Part shown: one piece after another, positions 7,921 through 16,994 of the stretch
Layout of the letters: each line of letters opens with the position of its first letter
Position numbering within the stretch: position 1 is the stretch's first letter
IMG/VR virus record: IMGVR_UViG_3300020469_000010
Strand: one strand, 5' to 3'
Source: a virus
DNA: 64,000 bases
Position numbers and translations under genes: made by a program
The notes under the pieces: generated by a model
What the model was told of the DNA's origin: nothing
The model's database searches: none
What the model saw: only the letters and a program-made list of their open reading frames with translations

Positions 7921-9180
7921 ATGTATATTCTAGGTATTAATATATCTCATGACCCTTCTTGCTGTCTTTTAAAGGATGGTAAAATTGTCTGGTATCTTGA
8001 AAACGATAGACTAACAAGAGAACAAAACTTAAGATATGGTGATGACTTAATAGATTATTATGAAACTCATGGTGAGTTTGCTAGTGCAGAAGATTTTCCT
8101 CATTGTGATAATATAAAAAAACATACACACAATTTAGATTATGTTGTCTTTGCATCTTATGGTAGAGATAATGCACAACATGATCAAATCGTAATGCAGT
8201 CTATTATTAAAAAGTTAAGTGAAGAACAGGTTGCTTTCACTAGTGCATTATTCTTCCCAGAAAAACATCATATCTATCATGCTTCTAATGGATTTTACGG
8301 ATCGGACTTTGATGATGCAGTTGCATTGGTAATGGATGGTGGTGGAGCATTTGATCCAGAGTATAGAAAAGAAGTTACTTCAAATAAGTGCAAGTTTCCG
8401 TTTAGAGAAGTAGAAACTATATACGAATGTTCTTATGAGAATGCTGAATTCAAAAAAGTATTCCAACTCAACTCAATGTTAGATAACATTCCTGGTGAAG
8501 AACCAGAAAATTATCAAGACTTCTTTTGGAAAAGAGATTGGAATGAATATTATTCCAGATCTATTAGTGCTGGTGATTTGTTTGGTGTATTTACAGATAA
8601 GTTTAATATGAGAGCTAATGATCAAGGAAAGGTCATGGGATTATCTGGACATAGAATTCCAGACATAGGTTATGGAGCATATCGAGACGGAATTGTTGAT
8701 GATGATTTAACTTATTCACCTATATTTGTACAAAATAATCCTGAAGATTTTTTCTTAACAGCAAAATGGTTCTATGAAAAGGATGGTCTATCTCTTACGA
8801 AACCATTAATATCAGAGTTACTTGAGGATTTTCTAGATAACAATGATATCGACACTTCTCTTAAGGAAAACGATTGGCATTTTCATTTGTGTGCCGAACT
8901 TGCATTTAAATTGCAGAAAGAAACATTCAAACATACATGTACTTTAATTGATAAAGCAATAAAACTTACTGGTAAAGATAAGATTGTTCTCTCTGGAGGA
9001 TACTTTATGAATTGTGTTAACAACTATAAATATACCAAGAAGTTTCCAGAACTAGAATTTTTTGTAGACCCAATGCCACATGATGCCGGTACATCAGTTG
9101 GTGCTGCTAAGTATGTTTGGCACTCTCTGACTAAAAGTAAGGATAAAATGCCACTAAAAACTTTATATACGGGACCATAA
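7921..9180 (+). CDS. Carbamoyltransferase N-terminal (Kae1-like) domain, stand-alone
   Basis: GINISHD, HHIYH, VMDGGG, GKVMGL, SGGYFMN, PHDAGTSVGAA. Confidence 0.9.
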   Translation: MYILGINISHDPSCCLLKDGKIVWYLENDRLTREQNLRYGDDLIDYYETHGEFASAEDFPHCDNIKKHTHNLDYVVFASYGRDNAQHDQIVMQSIIKKLSEEQVAFTSALFFPEKHHIYHASNGFYGSDFDDAVALVMDGGGAFDPEYRKEVTSNKCKFPFREVETIYECSYENAEFKKVFQLNSMLDNIPGEEPENYQDFFWKRDWNEYYSRSISAGDLFGVFTDKFNMRANDQGKVMGLSGHRIPDIGYGAYRDGIVDDDLTYSPIFVQNNPEDFFLTAKWFYEKDGLSLTKPLISELLEDFLDNNDIDTSLKENDWHFHLCAELAFKLQKETFKHTCTLIDKAIKLTGKDKIVLSGGYFMNCVNNYKYTKKFPELEFFVDPMPHDAGTSVGAAKYVWHSLTKSKDKMPLKTLYTGP

Positions 9181-9198
9181 TATAGTAATTACAATATA

Positions 9199-10428
9199 AT
9201 GAACATTGCTGCAATTTCGTTAACTCCACATGATGTATCTCTTTGTATTATTAAGGATGGGGAAGTATATGAAAACACTTTAGAGGAGAGATTATCTACA
9301 TTTAAAAAAGACGGGGTGCAGTATTTTATATATGATCGACTGAGTAAATTCGCATATGAATATGGTTTAGATAAACTTCTTATTGCAAATGGTTCTGATG
9401 AAGACTATAAATTAGCTGAACAATATCTGGATAAGTATGAAATTAATTGTCATATAGATTATATTCTTGAAGAGCATCATTTATATCATGCTTCTAGTGC
9501 ATTTTATGCTTCTGGATTTGATGAAGCAGCATGTTTAGTTATGGATGGTTGGGGTGCATGTCATAAACTAAAAGAGATTATAGAGACTCATACTGATATA
9601 GATACTGATTCGTATGATCAAGAACTTGATGATAGTAGAACTAAAGCAGTATTTGCGGAATCAAGTAGTGTTTATATGGTAAAGGATCATGTGTTTACAC
9701 CAGCAGGTAAACATTATTATATCGTTCCAGAGTCTAGCACTGAAGACACTCATGTTAGTAGTGTACTTAATTCTCAGGATTATTATTCAAAACTTGCCAA
9801 ATATCATGAATTGGAATTCAGTCATTGTTTTGGTATGGGTATGATGTACGGAACACTATCAGAATATTTGGGGTTTGATAGAGAAAGTTGTGGTAAAACA
9901 ATGGGTCTTTCTGCATTTGGTAAAGAAGATCCAGAACTACCATCGTTTGTGGAGGAGAATAAATTATATGGAAATCCTAGTTTATTTTATTACACAAGAA
10001 ATTTTAATGGAAGGTATCATCCAAGTCTGATTCATAATAATGATTTTCAGAAAAGAGCAAATATTGCATATAAATTACAGAAGTCTGTTGAGGAGGCAAT
10101 TGTTATTAGAGTCGGTAATATTTTAGAGAATTATCCGGATACAAAAAATATTGTTTTCTCTGGTGGAGTTGCTCTAAATATATGTGCAAATTCTGCGGTT
10201 AAAGAAAAATATCCAGATTTAAATTTCTTCGTTGATCCTATAGCATCAGATGCTTGTCAAGCATTTGGGATGGCACAGTATCACAATTCTGATAAGAAAG
10301 AATATAAACCGTTAGAATCAATATATCTTGGTCCAAAATATGATTTACAAATGAAAAAAATAGACATTGAAATTGCTGTTGCAAAAGGGAATAAAAAGAT
10401 GTATAATAAAAACATTAATAGGGAATGA
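9199..10428 (+). CDS. Carbamoyltransferase N-terminal (Kae1-like) domain
   Basis: PHD, EERLS, HHLYH, VMDGWG, GKTMGL, SGGVALN. Confidence 0.9.
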   Translation: MNIAAISLTPHDVSLCIIKDGEVYENTLEERLSTFKKDGVQYFIYDRLSKFAYEYGLDKLLIANGSDEDYKLAEQYLDKYEINCHIDYILEEHHLYHASSAFYASGFDEAACLVMDGWGACHKLKEIIETHTDIDTDSYDQELDDSRTKAVFAESSSVYMVKDHVFTPAGKHYYIVPESSTEDTHVSSVLNSQDYYSKLAKYHELEFSHCFGMGMMYGTLSEYLGFDRESCGKTMGLSAFGKEDPELPSFVEENKLYGNPSLFYYTRNFNGRYHPSLIHNNDFQKRANIAYKLQKSVEEAIVIRVGNILENYPDTKNIVFSGGVALNICANSAVKEKYPDLNFFVDPIASDACQAFGMAQYHNSDKKEYKPLESIYLGPKYDLQMKKIDIEIAVAKGNKKMYNKNINRE

Positions 10429-10991
10429 GTATGCTTGATATTAAATATGATGTTTCATATGAAGACATTGTTGAACGTATGCTCGATAAAAAAATTGGAG
10501 CTATTCATCAAGGAAGATCTGAAATAGGACCTAGAGCATTAGGTAATAGATCCATTATTTTTGATCCTAGAATTCCTAACGGAAAAGATATCGTCAATAC
10601 TGTAAAGAAGAGAGAAAGTTTTAGACCGTTTGCTGGTTCTGTCTTAGAGGAACATGCTCATGAATGGTTTGATATGATTGGGTTGAAGAATTCTCCTTTT
10701 ATGACATTTAATCTAAGAGTAAATCCTGATAAGAAAAAGTATATACCAGCAATTACACATGTTGATGATACATGCAGAATACAAACAGTTAGTAAACAAG
10801 ATAATCTACATTATTATAATTTAATTATGGAGTTCTATAAACAAACTAATGTTCCAATGATATTAAATACATCTTTCAATCTTGCCGGAGATGCAATTGT
10901 TGAAACTGTAGAACATGCTATTAAGACATTGAATAAATCTGATATGGATTATGTTTATTTTGCTGATGTTCATATGGTAGTTGAAAAATGA
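10425..10991 (+). CDS. Carbamoyltransferase C-terminal (YrdC-like) domain
   Basis: EIGPRALGNRSI, VKKRESFRPFA, HVDDTCRIQTV, LNTSFN. Confidence 0.9.
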   Translation: MSMLDIKYDVSYEDIVERMLDKKIGAIHQGRSEIGPRALGNRSIIFDPRIPNGKDIVNTVKKRESFRPFAGSVLEEHAHEWFDMIGLKNSPFMTFNLRVNPDKKKYIPAITHVDDTCRIQTVSKQDNLHYYNLIMEFYKQTNVPMILNTSFNLAGDAIVETVEHAIKTLNKSDMDYVYFADVHMVVEK

Positions 10992-12217
10992 ATCTTGCAG
11001 TTTTATCTTTTAATGGTCATGACACTGGGGTTAGTTTTATTTGTGAAGGAAAACACTATGAAACTATTTTAGAAGAACGTTGTAGTGGTATAAAAGAAGA
11101 TGAATACCCGTTTAGAATTTTTGAGCATATTCAAAAAGTAGATGACAAATATCCTCTCGATAAAATTATTTCTATAAATGGTACTGATACTCAGTTTCAG
11201 TATAGTGATACTATATTAGAAAAATATTTTCATGATATTGGATCAGATAAAGAGACTATAGAGATTGATTATGAATCTGAAGAACATCATTTATATCATG
11301 CTGCATCTGGATTTTATTCATCTGGACTTGATGAAGCAGTATGCTTAGTTATGGATGGTTGGGGAGCTGATGTTCGAATGCTTGATCTCCTAGAATTTGT
11401 TGGAATGGATAAGAATTTATCAAAAGAAGATCTTGATGAGGTAAAACAATTAGATAGTTATAAGTTTTTAGAAACAACATCAATTTATGATGCTTCTTAT
11501 CCATGCAATTTTAAGGTATTGTATAAAAATTACTTGAGACCTCATCCACCACCAGAAATATATCTTGAAAAAAATGATTTTCCTTATAAATTCTTAAATG
11601 AATTGGAGAAATATCCAATAATAACTTGCAATTCATGCTATGATGTCGGAATGCTATATGGATTGATTAGTGCTCATTTATTTGGGAACACTGAGTTCTG
11701 TGGAAAGGTTATGGGACTTTCATCTTATGGAAAACCAAATAAAAGATTGCCAAAATTTATTATAGAAAATGGGTATGTTGATATGAATTTTGCATTTAGT
11801 GAAATGTGTGTCAACACCGTAAATTTTCCATCAATGATTCACAATGATGATTTTCAACATCGAGCTGATATTGCATATAAAGTACAAAAACATACAGAAG
11901 ATATTTTTAGGATGAAAGTAAAACAAATCCTTAAGTTAAAACCTGATGTTAAAAATGTCATACTTTCTGGTGGAGTTGCTTTAAATATCTGCGCTAACTC
12001 AATAATTCAAGAAGAGTATCCTGATATTAATTTTTATGTTGACCCTATATCATCGGATGGTTGCCAATCATATGGAGCAGCAAAGTATTTTTATTACAAA
12101 GATACTAAATCTATGATTAAAGATCCACTCTATACAACTTACTACGGAAACCATCAACCAGATCCAAGGATTCTACAAAAACGGATTGAATTGGAGGTTG
12201 CTAAGCACATGTGCTAA
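10988..12217 (+). CDS. Carbamoyltransferase N-terminal (Kae1-like) domain
   Basis: GHD, EER, HHLYH, VMDGWG, GKVMGL, SGGVALN, SDG..YGAA. Confidence 0.9.
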   Translation: MNLAVLSFNGHDTGVSFICEGKHYETILEERCSGIKEDEYPFRIFEHIQKVDDKYPLDKIISINGTDTQFQYSDTILEKYFHDIGSDKETIEIDYESEEHHLYHAASGFYSSGLDEAVCLVMDGWGADVRMLDLLEFVGMDKNLSKEDLDEVKQLDSYKFLETTSIYDASYPCNFKVLYKNYLRPHPPPEIYLEKNDFPYKFLNELEKYPIITCNSCYDVGMLYGLISAHLFGNTEFCGKVMGLSSYGKPNKRLPKFIIENGYVDMNFAFSEMCVNTVNFPSMIHNDDFQHRADIAYKVQKHTEDIFRMKVKQILKLKPDVKNVILSGGVALNICANSIIQEEYPDINFYVDPISSDGCQSYGAAKYFYYKDTKSMIKDPLYTTYYGNHQPDPRILQKRIELEVAKHMC

Positions 12218-12250
12218 GCACAATAAATAAACTACACTCTGAAACAAATT

Positions 12251-12502
12251 ATGGCAACTTATCCTGTAAAACACAAGGAAACTGGTGAAACTAAAGATGT
12301 TGTTATGAGCATTCATGACTGGGATCAGTGGAAAAAAGACAACTCTGATTGGGAAAGATACTATACTCCGGAAAATTCACCTGGACTAGGTTTAGAACCA
12401 GTTGGTGAATGGAAGGATAAACTTGTCAAATCAAAACCAGGATGGAATGAAGTGCTTGAAAAAGCATCATCTGCACCAGGAGCAAAAAACTTAAAGATTT
12501 AA
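12251..12502 (+). CDS. Conserved cyanophage hypothetical protein
   Basis: MATYPV...GWNEVL, typical gene preceding phoH; ATAAATA upstream. Confidence 0.7.
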   Translation: MATYPVKHKETGETKDVVMSIHDWDQWKKDNSDWERYYTPENSPGLGLEPVGEWKDKLVKSKPGWNEVLEKASSAPGAKNLKI

Positions 12503-12503
12503 A

Positions 12504-13265
12504 ATGGCTAGAAAGAAAAGAAACAACGATAACGTTGGTATTAATTCTGAGTATCATCGTTTAGCATTAAAAGGTAAGAAACCAATTAATACAGACCATC
12601 TTTTAGATGTAGAAGCACTTACTCCAAATCAACAGAGACTTTTTGATTCTTATCAAAAGGGGAAACATGTTATTGCATATGGAACAGCAGGAACAGGTAA
12701 GACATTTATTACTCTGTATAATGCAATCAAAGATGTTCTAAATCAATTTACACCTTATGAAAAGGTCTATGTTATTAGATCTCTAGTTGCAACAAGAGAG
12801 ATTGGATTTCTTCCTGGAGATCATGATGATAAGTCAAACCTTTATCAAATTCCATATAAGAACATGGTTAAGTACATGTTCCAAATGCCTTCTGATGCTG
12901 AGTTTGAGATGCTCTATGGCAATCTAAAGACTCAAGGAACTGTAAGTTTCTGGAGTACATCTTTTATCAGAGGAACAACTTTTGATAACTCAATCTTATT
13001 GATTGATGAGTTTCAGAACTTGAATTTTCACGAACTTGATAGTATAATGACGAGAGTTGGTGACAACTGCAAGATTATGTTTTGTGGTGATGCAACTCAA
13101 AGTGATTTGACAAAAACTAATGAGAAGAATGGCATCGTTGACTTTATGAAAATAATGAATCAAATGCCTTCAGTAGATGTTATCGAATTTGATGCTGATG
13201 ATATCGTAAGATCTGGTCTATGTCGAGAATATATTATTGCTAAAAATGAACTTGGAATTATGTAA
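12504..13265 (+). CDS. phoH: PhoH-family ATPase
   Basis: GTAGTGKT Walker A, IGFLPG, RGTTF, IDEFQN, GDATQSD. Confidence 0.95.
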   Translation: MARKKRNNDNVGINSEYHRLALKGKKPINTDHLLDVEALTPNQQRLFDSYQKGKHVIAYGTAGTGKTFITLYNAIKDVLNQFTPYEKVYVIRSLVATREIGFLPGDHDDKSNLYQIPYKNMVKYMFQMPSDAEFEMLYGNLKTQGTVSFWSTSFIRGTTFDNSILLIDEFQNLNFHELDSIMTRVGDNCKIMFCGDATQSDLTKTNEKNGIVDFMKIMNQMPSVDVIEFDADDIVRSGLCREYIIAKNELGIM

Positions 13266-13936
13266 TGTTTAAACACCTTGATATTAATTTACCTAGCTTG
13301 ACCCGTGAAACAATTGATGGAGTTAGGTTTTATAATGTTCCTGACGAAGAAGAACTTTTAAAACTCGTATCGATTACTTCAGTAACAAGTCACTTTAATC
13401 GTGAAACTTTTGCGAAGTGGAGGAAGAGAGTTGGTGAAGATGAAGCAAATAACATTACTAGAAAAGCAACTAGTCGTGGTACTGACTTTCATACTCTTAC
13501 TGAAAATCATTTGCTCAATAAAGAGTTTGAGACTGGGGTAGTACAACCTCTTTCAGAGTTTTTATTCTTGATGGCAAAAGACGATCTTAAGAGGATAAAT
13601 AATATTTACGCTCTTGAAAGGTCACTATATAGTAAGTACTTAGGTATTGCGGGAACCGTCGATTGTATTGCAGAGTTCGACGGTGAACTTTCTATCATAG
13701 ATTTCAAAACTTCTAAAAAACCCAAACCAAGAGATTGGATTGAGAATTATTTTGTACAGTGTTGTGCATATGCGTGTATGCTTCACGAATTGACTGGTTT
13801 ATCTGTCAAGAAATTTGTAATTATCATGTCTTGTGAGAATGGTGAAGTTGAAATATATGAGGAATATAACAAAGAAAAATATATCAAGCTATTAGTAAAA
13901 TATATCAAAAAGTTTGTAGAGGACAAACTATCTTGA
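13265..13936 (+). CDS. PD-(D/E)XK exonuclease (exonuclease A-like)
   Basis: SITSV, RGTDFH, AGTVDC, IIDFKTS, QCCAY. Confidence 0.85.
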   Translation: MFKHLDINLPSLTRETIDGVRFYNVPDEEELLKLVSITSVTSHFNRETFAKWRKRVGEDEANNITRKATSRGTDFHTLTENHLLNKEFETGVVQPLSEFLFLMAKDDLKRINNIYALERSLYSKYLGIAGTVDCIAEFDGELSIIDFKTSKKPKPRDWIENYFVQCCAYACMLHELTGLSVKKFVIIMSCENGEVEIYEEYNKEKYIKLLVKYIKKFVEDKLS

Positions 13937-13985
13937 TTTTTTTCGTGTTTCCTGATATAATATGAATATGAACAAACTTTAGTAT

Positions 13986-14279
13986 ATGTTAACAATTTAT
14001 TCGGATGTTATGCCCAAAAAAGAAAACAAAGAATTAGAGAAAGAGTTAGAGAATAAATTTTTTTCACAGGCAAAAGTTTCACAAAACATTGAAGAAATTT
14101 ACAGTGACAATCTAGACATGAGTTATATTGATTCCGTGATGCATTTTTGTGAACAAAACAAAATCGATGTTGAATCTATCCCCAAACTAATCTCAAAACC
14201 GTTAAAAGAAAAAATTAAATACGAAGCAATGGAACTTAACTTCCTTAAGAGAAGTAGTAGAGCCAAACTGGTGATTTAA
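13986..14279 (+). CDS. gp33: Late transcription co-activator gp33
   Basis: SYIDSV..FCE.N.ID.ESIPKLISKPLKEKIKYEA..LNFLK; synteny. Confidence 0.85.
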   Translation: MLTIYSDVMPKKENKELEKELENKFFSQAKVSQNIEEIYSDNLDMSYIDSVMHFCEQNKIDVESIPKLISKPLKEKIKYEAMELNFLKRSSRAKLVI

Positions 14280-14350
14280 AAATCACCTTTTAATTCCATT
14301 TTGGGGGCAAAAAAAATCCCCAAAATTTTTTACGCGTAGGGGTTTTTATA

Positions 14351-14941
14351 ATGAGTCCATTTGATTGCTACAAGACTTATATTGCGGTAAAAAACCACTT
14401 TACTAAAGATAAATTTGATTATCATAAGTATTGCGGTAAAACTCGTATGTCAGTTCAGTCTTTTTATAAGAGAAAAGACCGATACTGGTTTGAAAAAATA
14501 TCAAGGCAAAAAAATGATTCTGAAATTAGAGACTTTTTTGTTTCTAACTTTGTTGCCTGTGATGATCCACAAACTTTATGGATAGGAGAATTGATCAAAA
14601 ATGGAAACACCAATTATCAATCTTGGCAAAAAAGAGTCCAATCTCTCTCATACATCTTCAAAGAAGAAATTGAAGGGTCTTTCAGCAGAGACAATTTCGA
14701 CAGTATGTTCAAGATTGAAAAAAATAGACATCCACAAATTGTAAAACTGTATTTAAGTAAAAAGATTAGTATGGAGACTTTTCTTATTTTAGACAAAATA
14801 TTAGGATTTTCTCCACAATTCAATAAAAAACTATCAGATCCAGTTTGGGAGTTGATTAGTTTAAAAATGAGAAAGTATCACCCTTTTTTAAATATTGACA
14901 TATTTAAATTTAAGAAAATTCTAAGAGAGGTTGTATTATGA
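14351..14941 (+). CDS. gp59: Helicase loader gp59
   Basis: YIAVKNHF...FDYHKY.GK...FYKRKDRYWFEK; synteny. Confidence 0.85.
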   Translation: MSPFDCYKTYIAVKNHFTKDKFDYHKYCGKTRMSVQSFYKRKDRYWFEKISRQKNDSEIRDFFVSNFVACDDPQTLWIGELIKNGNTNYQSWQKRVQSLSYIFKEEIEGSFSRDNFDSMFKIEKNRHPQIVKLYLSKKISMETFLILDKILGFSPQFNKKLSDPVWELISLKMRKYHPFLNIDIFKFKKILREVVL

Positions 14942-15288
14942 GTGACTTTTTTGAATCAGAGGTAGTTAGAGAAGAATTGCAAGAAATTTCAAAACTACAA
15001 GAGAAGGTTTATTCCCAAGTTTTTGAATTTCCAAAACTAGATCGAGAAGGAAAGATTGATCATATTAAGGATCTAGAAACTTTAATGGAAAAACAAAAAA
15101 TCTTATATACCAGACTTTCATTATCTGATGATCCAGATGCTAAAAAGATGAAAATTCGTGTTGAAGACTCTGCATCCATGATGGGTCTCCCTGAAAATGT
15201 TGATATGAACGCACTTTTTGCCAATATGACCAAATTGATTATGAATTTCAGAAACCAACTTCAGGACGAAGACCTTGACACTAAATAG
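14938..15288 (+). CDS. DUF1825-like protein
   Basis: FFESEVV...EKQKILYTRLSLSDDPDA. Confidence 0.7.
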   Translation: MSDFFESEVVREELQEISKLQEKVYSQVFEFPKLDREGKIDHIKDLETLMEKQKILYTRLSLSDDPDAKKMKIRVEDSASMMGLPENVDMNALFANMTKLIMNFRNQLQDEDLDTK

Positions 15289-15303
15289 AATGCCTGCTAT
15301 AAT
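15275..15303 (+). promoter_or_regulatory. Sigma70 promoter for gp32 with embedded late-promoter-like box
   Basis: TTGACA-17-TATAAT; CTAAATA at 15281-15287 in the spacer. Confidence 0.75.
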
Positions 15304-15348
15304 AGCAGAGCACACAAGCCACAATCCAATTTAATCCGAGGTAATCCA

Positions 15349-16275
15349 ATGTCCTTTTCAAATCTCAAAAAGCAATCTTCTCTAGGCAATCTCACTGCCA
15401 AATTGGTTAAAGAAGTAGAGAAACTTAATACTAATAGTAATAGTGATGAACGTCTCTGGAAACCAGAACTAGACAAGTCTGGTAACGGTTATGCTGTTAT
15501 TCGTTTCCTACCTGCTCCTGATGGTGAAGAACTTCCTTGGGCAAAAATGTATTCACATGCATTCCAAGGTCCTGGTGGATGGTATATTGAGAATTCTTTG
15601 ACCACAACTGGTGGTAAAGACCCTGTTTCAGAGTACAATCGTGAACTCTGGAATACAGGAACAGAGGCAAACAAAGAGATTGTTCGTAAGCAGAAACGCA
15701 AACTTTCTTACTATAGCAACATCTATGTTGTTAAGGATTCTGCAAATCCTGCAAACGAAGGCAAAGTCTTCCTATACAAATTTGGTAAGAAGATCTTTGA
15801 TAAGATCATGGAAGCAATGCAACCTGAGTTTGAGGATGAGACTCCAATCAATCCCTTTGACTTTTGGCAAGGTGCAAACTTTAAACTGAAGATCAAGAAA
15901 GTTGCAGGTTACTGGAACTATGATTCTTCTGAGTTTGATCGTCCTGATGCTCTACTAGACGATGACGATGCTATGGAAGCAATCTGGAAGAAGCAATATT
16001 CTCTTGCTGCTCTTGTTTCTGCAGATCAATTCAAATCCTATGAGGATTTGAAGAAGCGTCTTGATTATGTTCTTGGTAATAAAGGAACTCCCCGTTTCCA
16101 AGATCAAGAAACAGTAGAGGAGGAAGAACAGTTCCGTCGTGAAAACCGTGGAGAGACAACATCTTTCAAACCAAGTTTCAAGTCTGAACCAGAACCTTCT
16201 CTAGAAAATACTTCATCTTCTTCCGAAGATGAGGATGATGCACTGTCATATTTCCAAAAACTTGCTGAAGAGTGA
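15349..16275 (+). CDS. gp32: Single-stranded DNA-binding protein gp32
   Basis: DERLWKP..DKSGNGYAVIRFLP, WYIENSLTT, YKFGKKIF, GANFKLK, acidic tail. Confidence 0.95.
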   Translation: MSFSNLKKQSSLGNLTAKLVKEVEKLNTNSNSDERLWKPELDKSGNGYAVIRFLPAPDGEELPWAKMYSHAFQGPGGWYIENSLTTTGGKDPVSEYNRELWNTGTEANKEIVRKQKRKLSYYSNIYVVKDSANPANEGKVFLYKFGKKIFDKIMEAMQPEFEDETPINPFDFWQGANFKLKIKKVAGYWNYDSSEFDRPDALLDDDDAMEAIWKKQYSLAALVSADQFKSYEDLKKRLDYVLGNKGTPRFQDQETVEEEEQFRRENRGETTSFKPSFKSEPEPSLENTSSSSEDEDDALSYFQKLAEE

Positions 16276-16289
16276 ATTATAATCAAATC

Positions 16290-16314
16290 TGCCTTACTTT
16301 ATTAGTATTGGCAG
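16290..16314. terminator. Hairpin between convergent gp32 and gp53
   Basis: TGCC-TTACT...AGTA-TTGGCA imperfect inverted repeat. Confidence 0.45.
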
Positions 16315-16332
16315 CGTATTACAATATATTGT

Positions 16333-16992
16333 TTAGTTAAACATAGTTTCTGTATCTTTCAAGGTTTTACTGATAAACTCAGTAGAACCTTTTTTATATG
16401 GAAGAAGATCTTTCATATCTTCAAATATTAGATTAAGATATAATGGTTTTAGTATAAAGATAAGTCTTCTCTCGTCTTGAATTCTTTCTTCATACATTAA
16501 ATTTGTTACTGGATATGATGGGGTTGCAATTCTTACATGTCTATCAATATCAATATCGTAAAACTCTACTGCAAAGTTTTCCGGAACTCTTAATCCAAAA
16601 GGAAAAACTGTTTCATTTTTAGAATTAAATACTCTTTTACTTTCGTAATGATGAACTTTTGCTGAATTTTCGTATGATCCGTATTTTTCTATAATATACT
16701 CATTAAATAATCTTTCGGATAATGGCCACTCGTCTTGAACATTCAATATATTATTTGTTAGTAAAACTACCCAATCTAAATTAGAGTCACCATATACTTT
16801 TTGTGCAACATTATCGGGTCTTTCATTACCGACAACTGTATATTTGGTGAAAAAACTGATATTCTGAAAAATATCATCCCTAATTTTTGCTCTACGAAAG
16901 AGATTTTTAATTTCTATTTTACTTCCTATGCTACTTTTTTCTAGTAGATTAACATAGTTAAAATTTGGAATTCTGTTAAAATAATCTGACAT
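16333..16992 (-). CDS. gp53: Baseplate wedge subunit gp53
   Basis: ERPDNVA.KVYGD..LDWVVLLTNNI...EWP; HHYE. Confidence 0.88.
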   Translation of the reverse strand: MSDYFNRIPNFNYVNLLEKSSIGSKIEIKNLFRRAKIRDDIFQNISFFTKYTVVGNERPDNVAQKVYGDSNLDWVVLLTNNILNVQDEWPLSERLFNEYIIEKYGSYENSAKVHHYESKRVFNSKNETVFPFGLRVPENFAVEFYDIDIDRHVRIATPSYPVTNLMYEERIQDERRLIFILKPLYLNLIFEDMKDLLPYKKGSTEFISKTLKDTETMFN

Positions 16993-16994
16993 TT

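Noticed and set aside
13265-13936. Exonuclease as Cas4/CRISPR evidence
   Set aside because: Core T4-like cyanophage gene after phoH; no repeat-spacer array seen in the window
14280-14350. A/T-tract and GGGG/CCCC hairpin region as a replication origin
   Set aside because: Short, no iterons; adequately explained as a terminator-like hairpin
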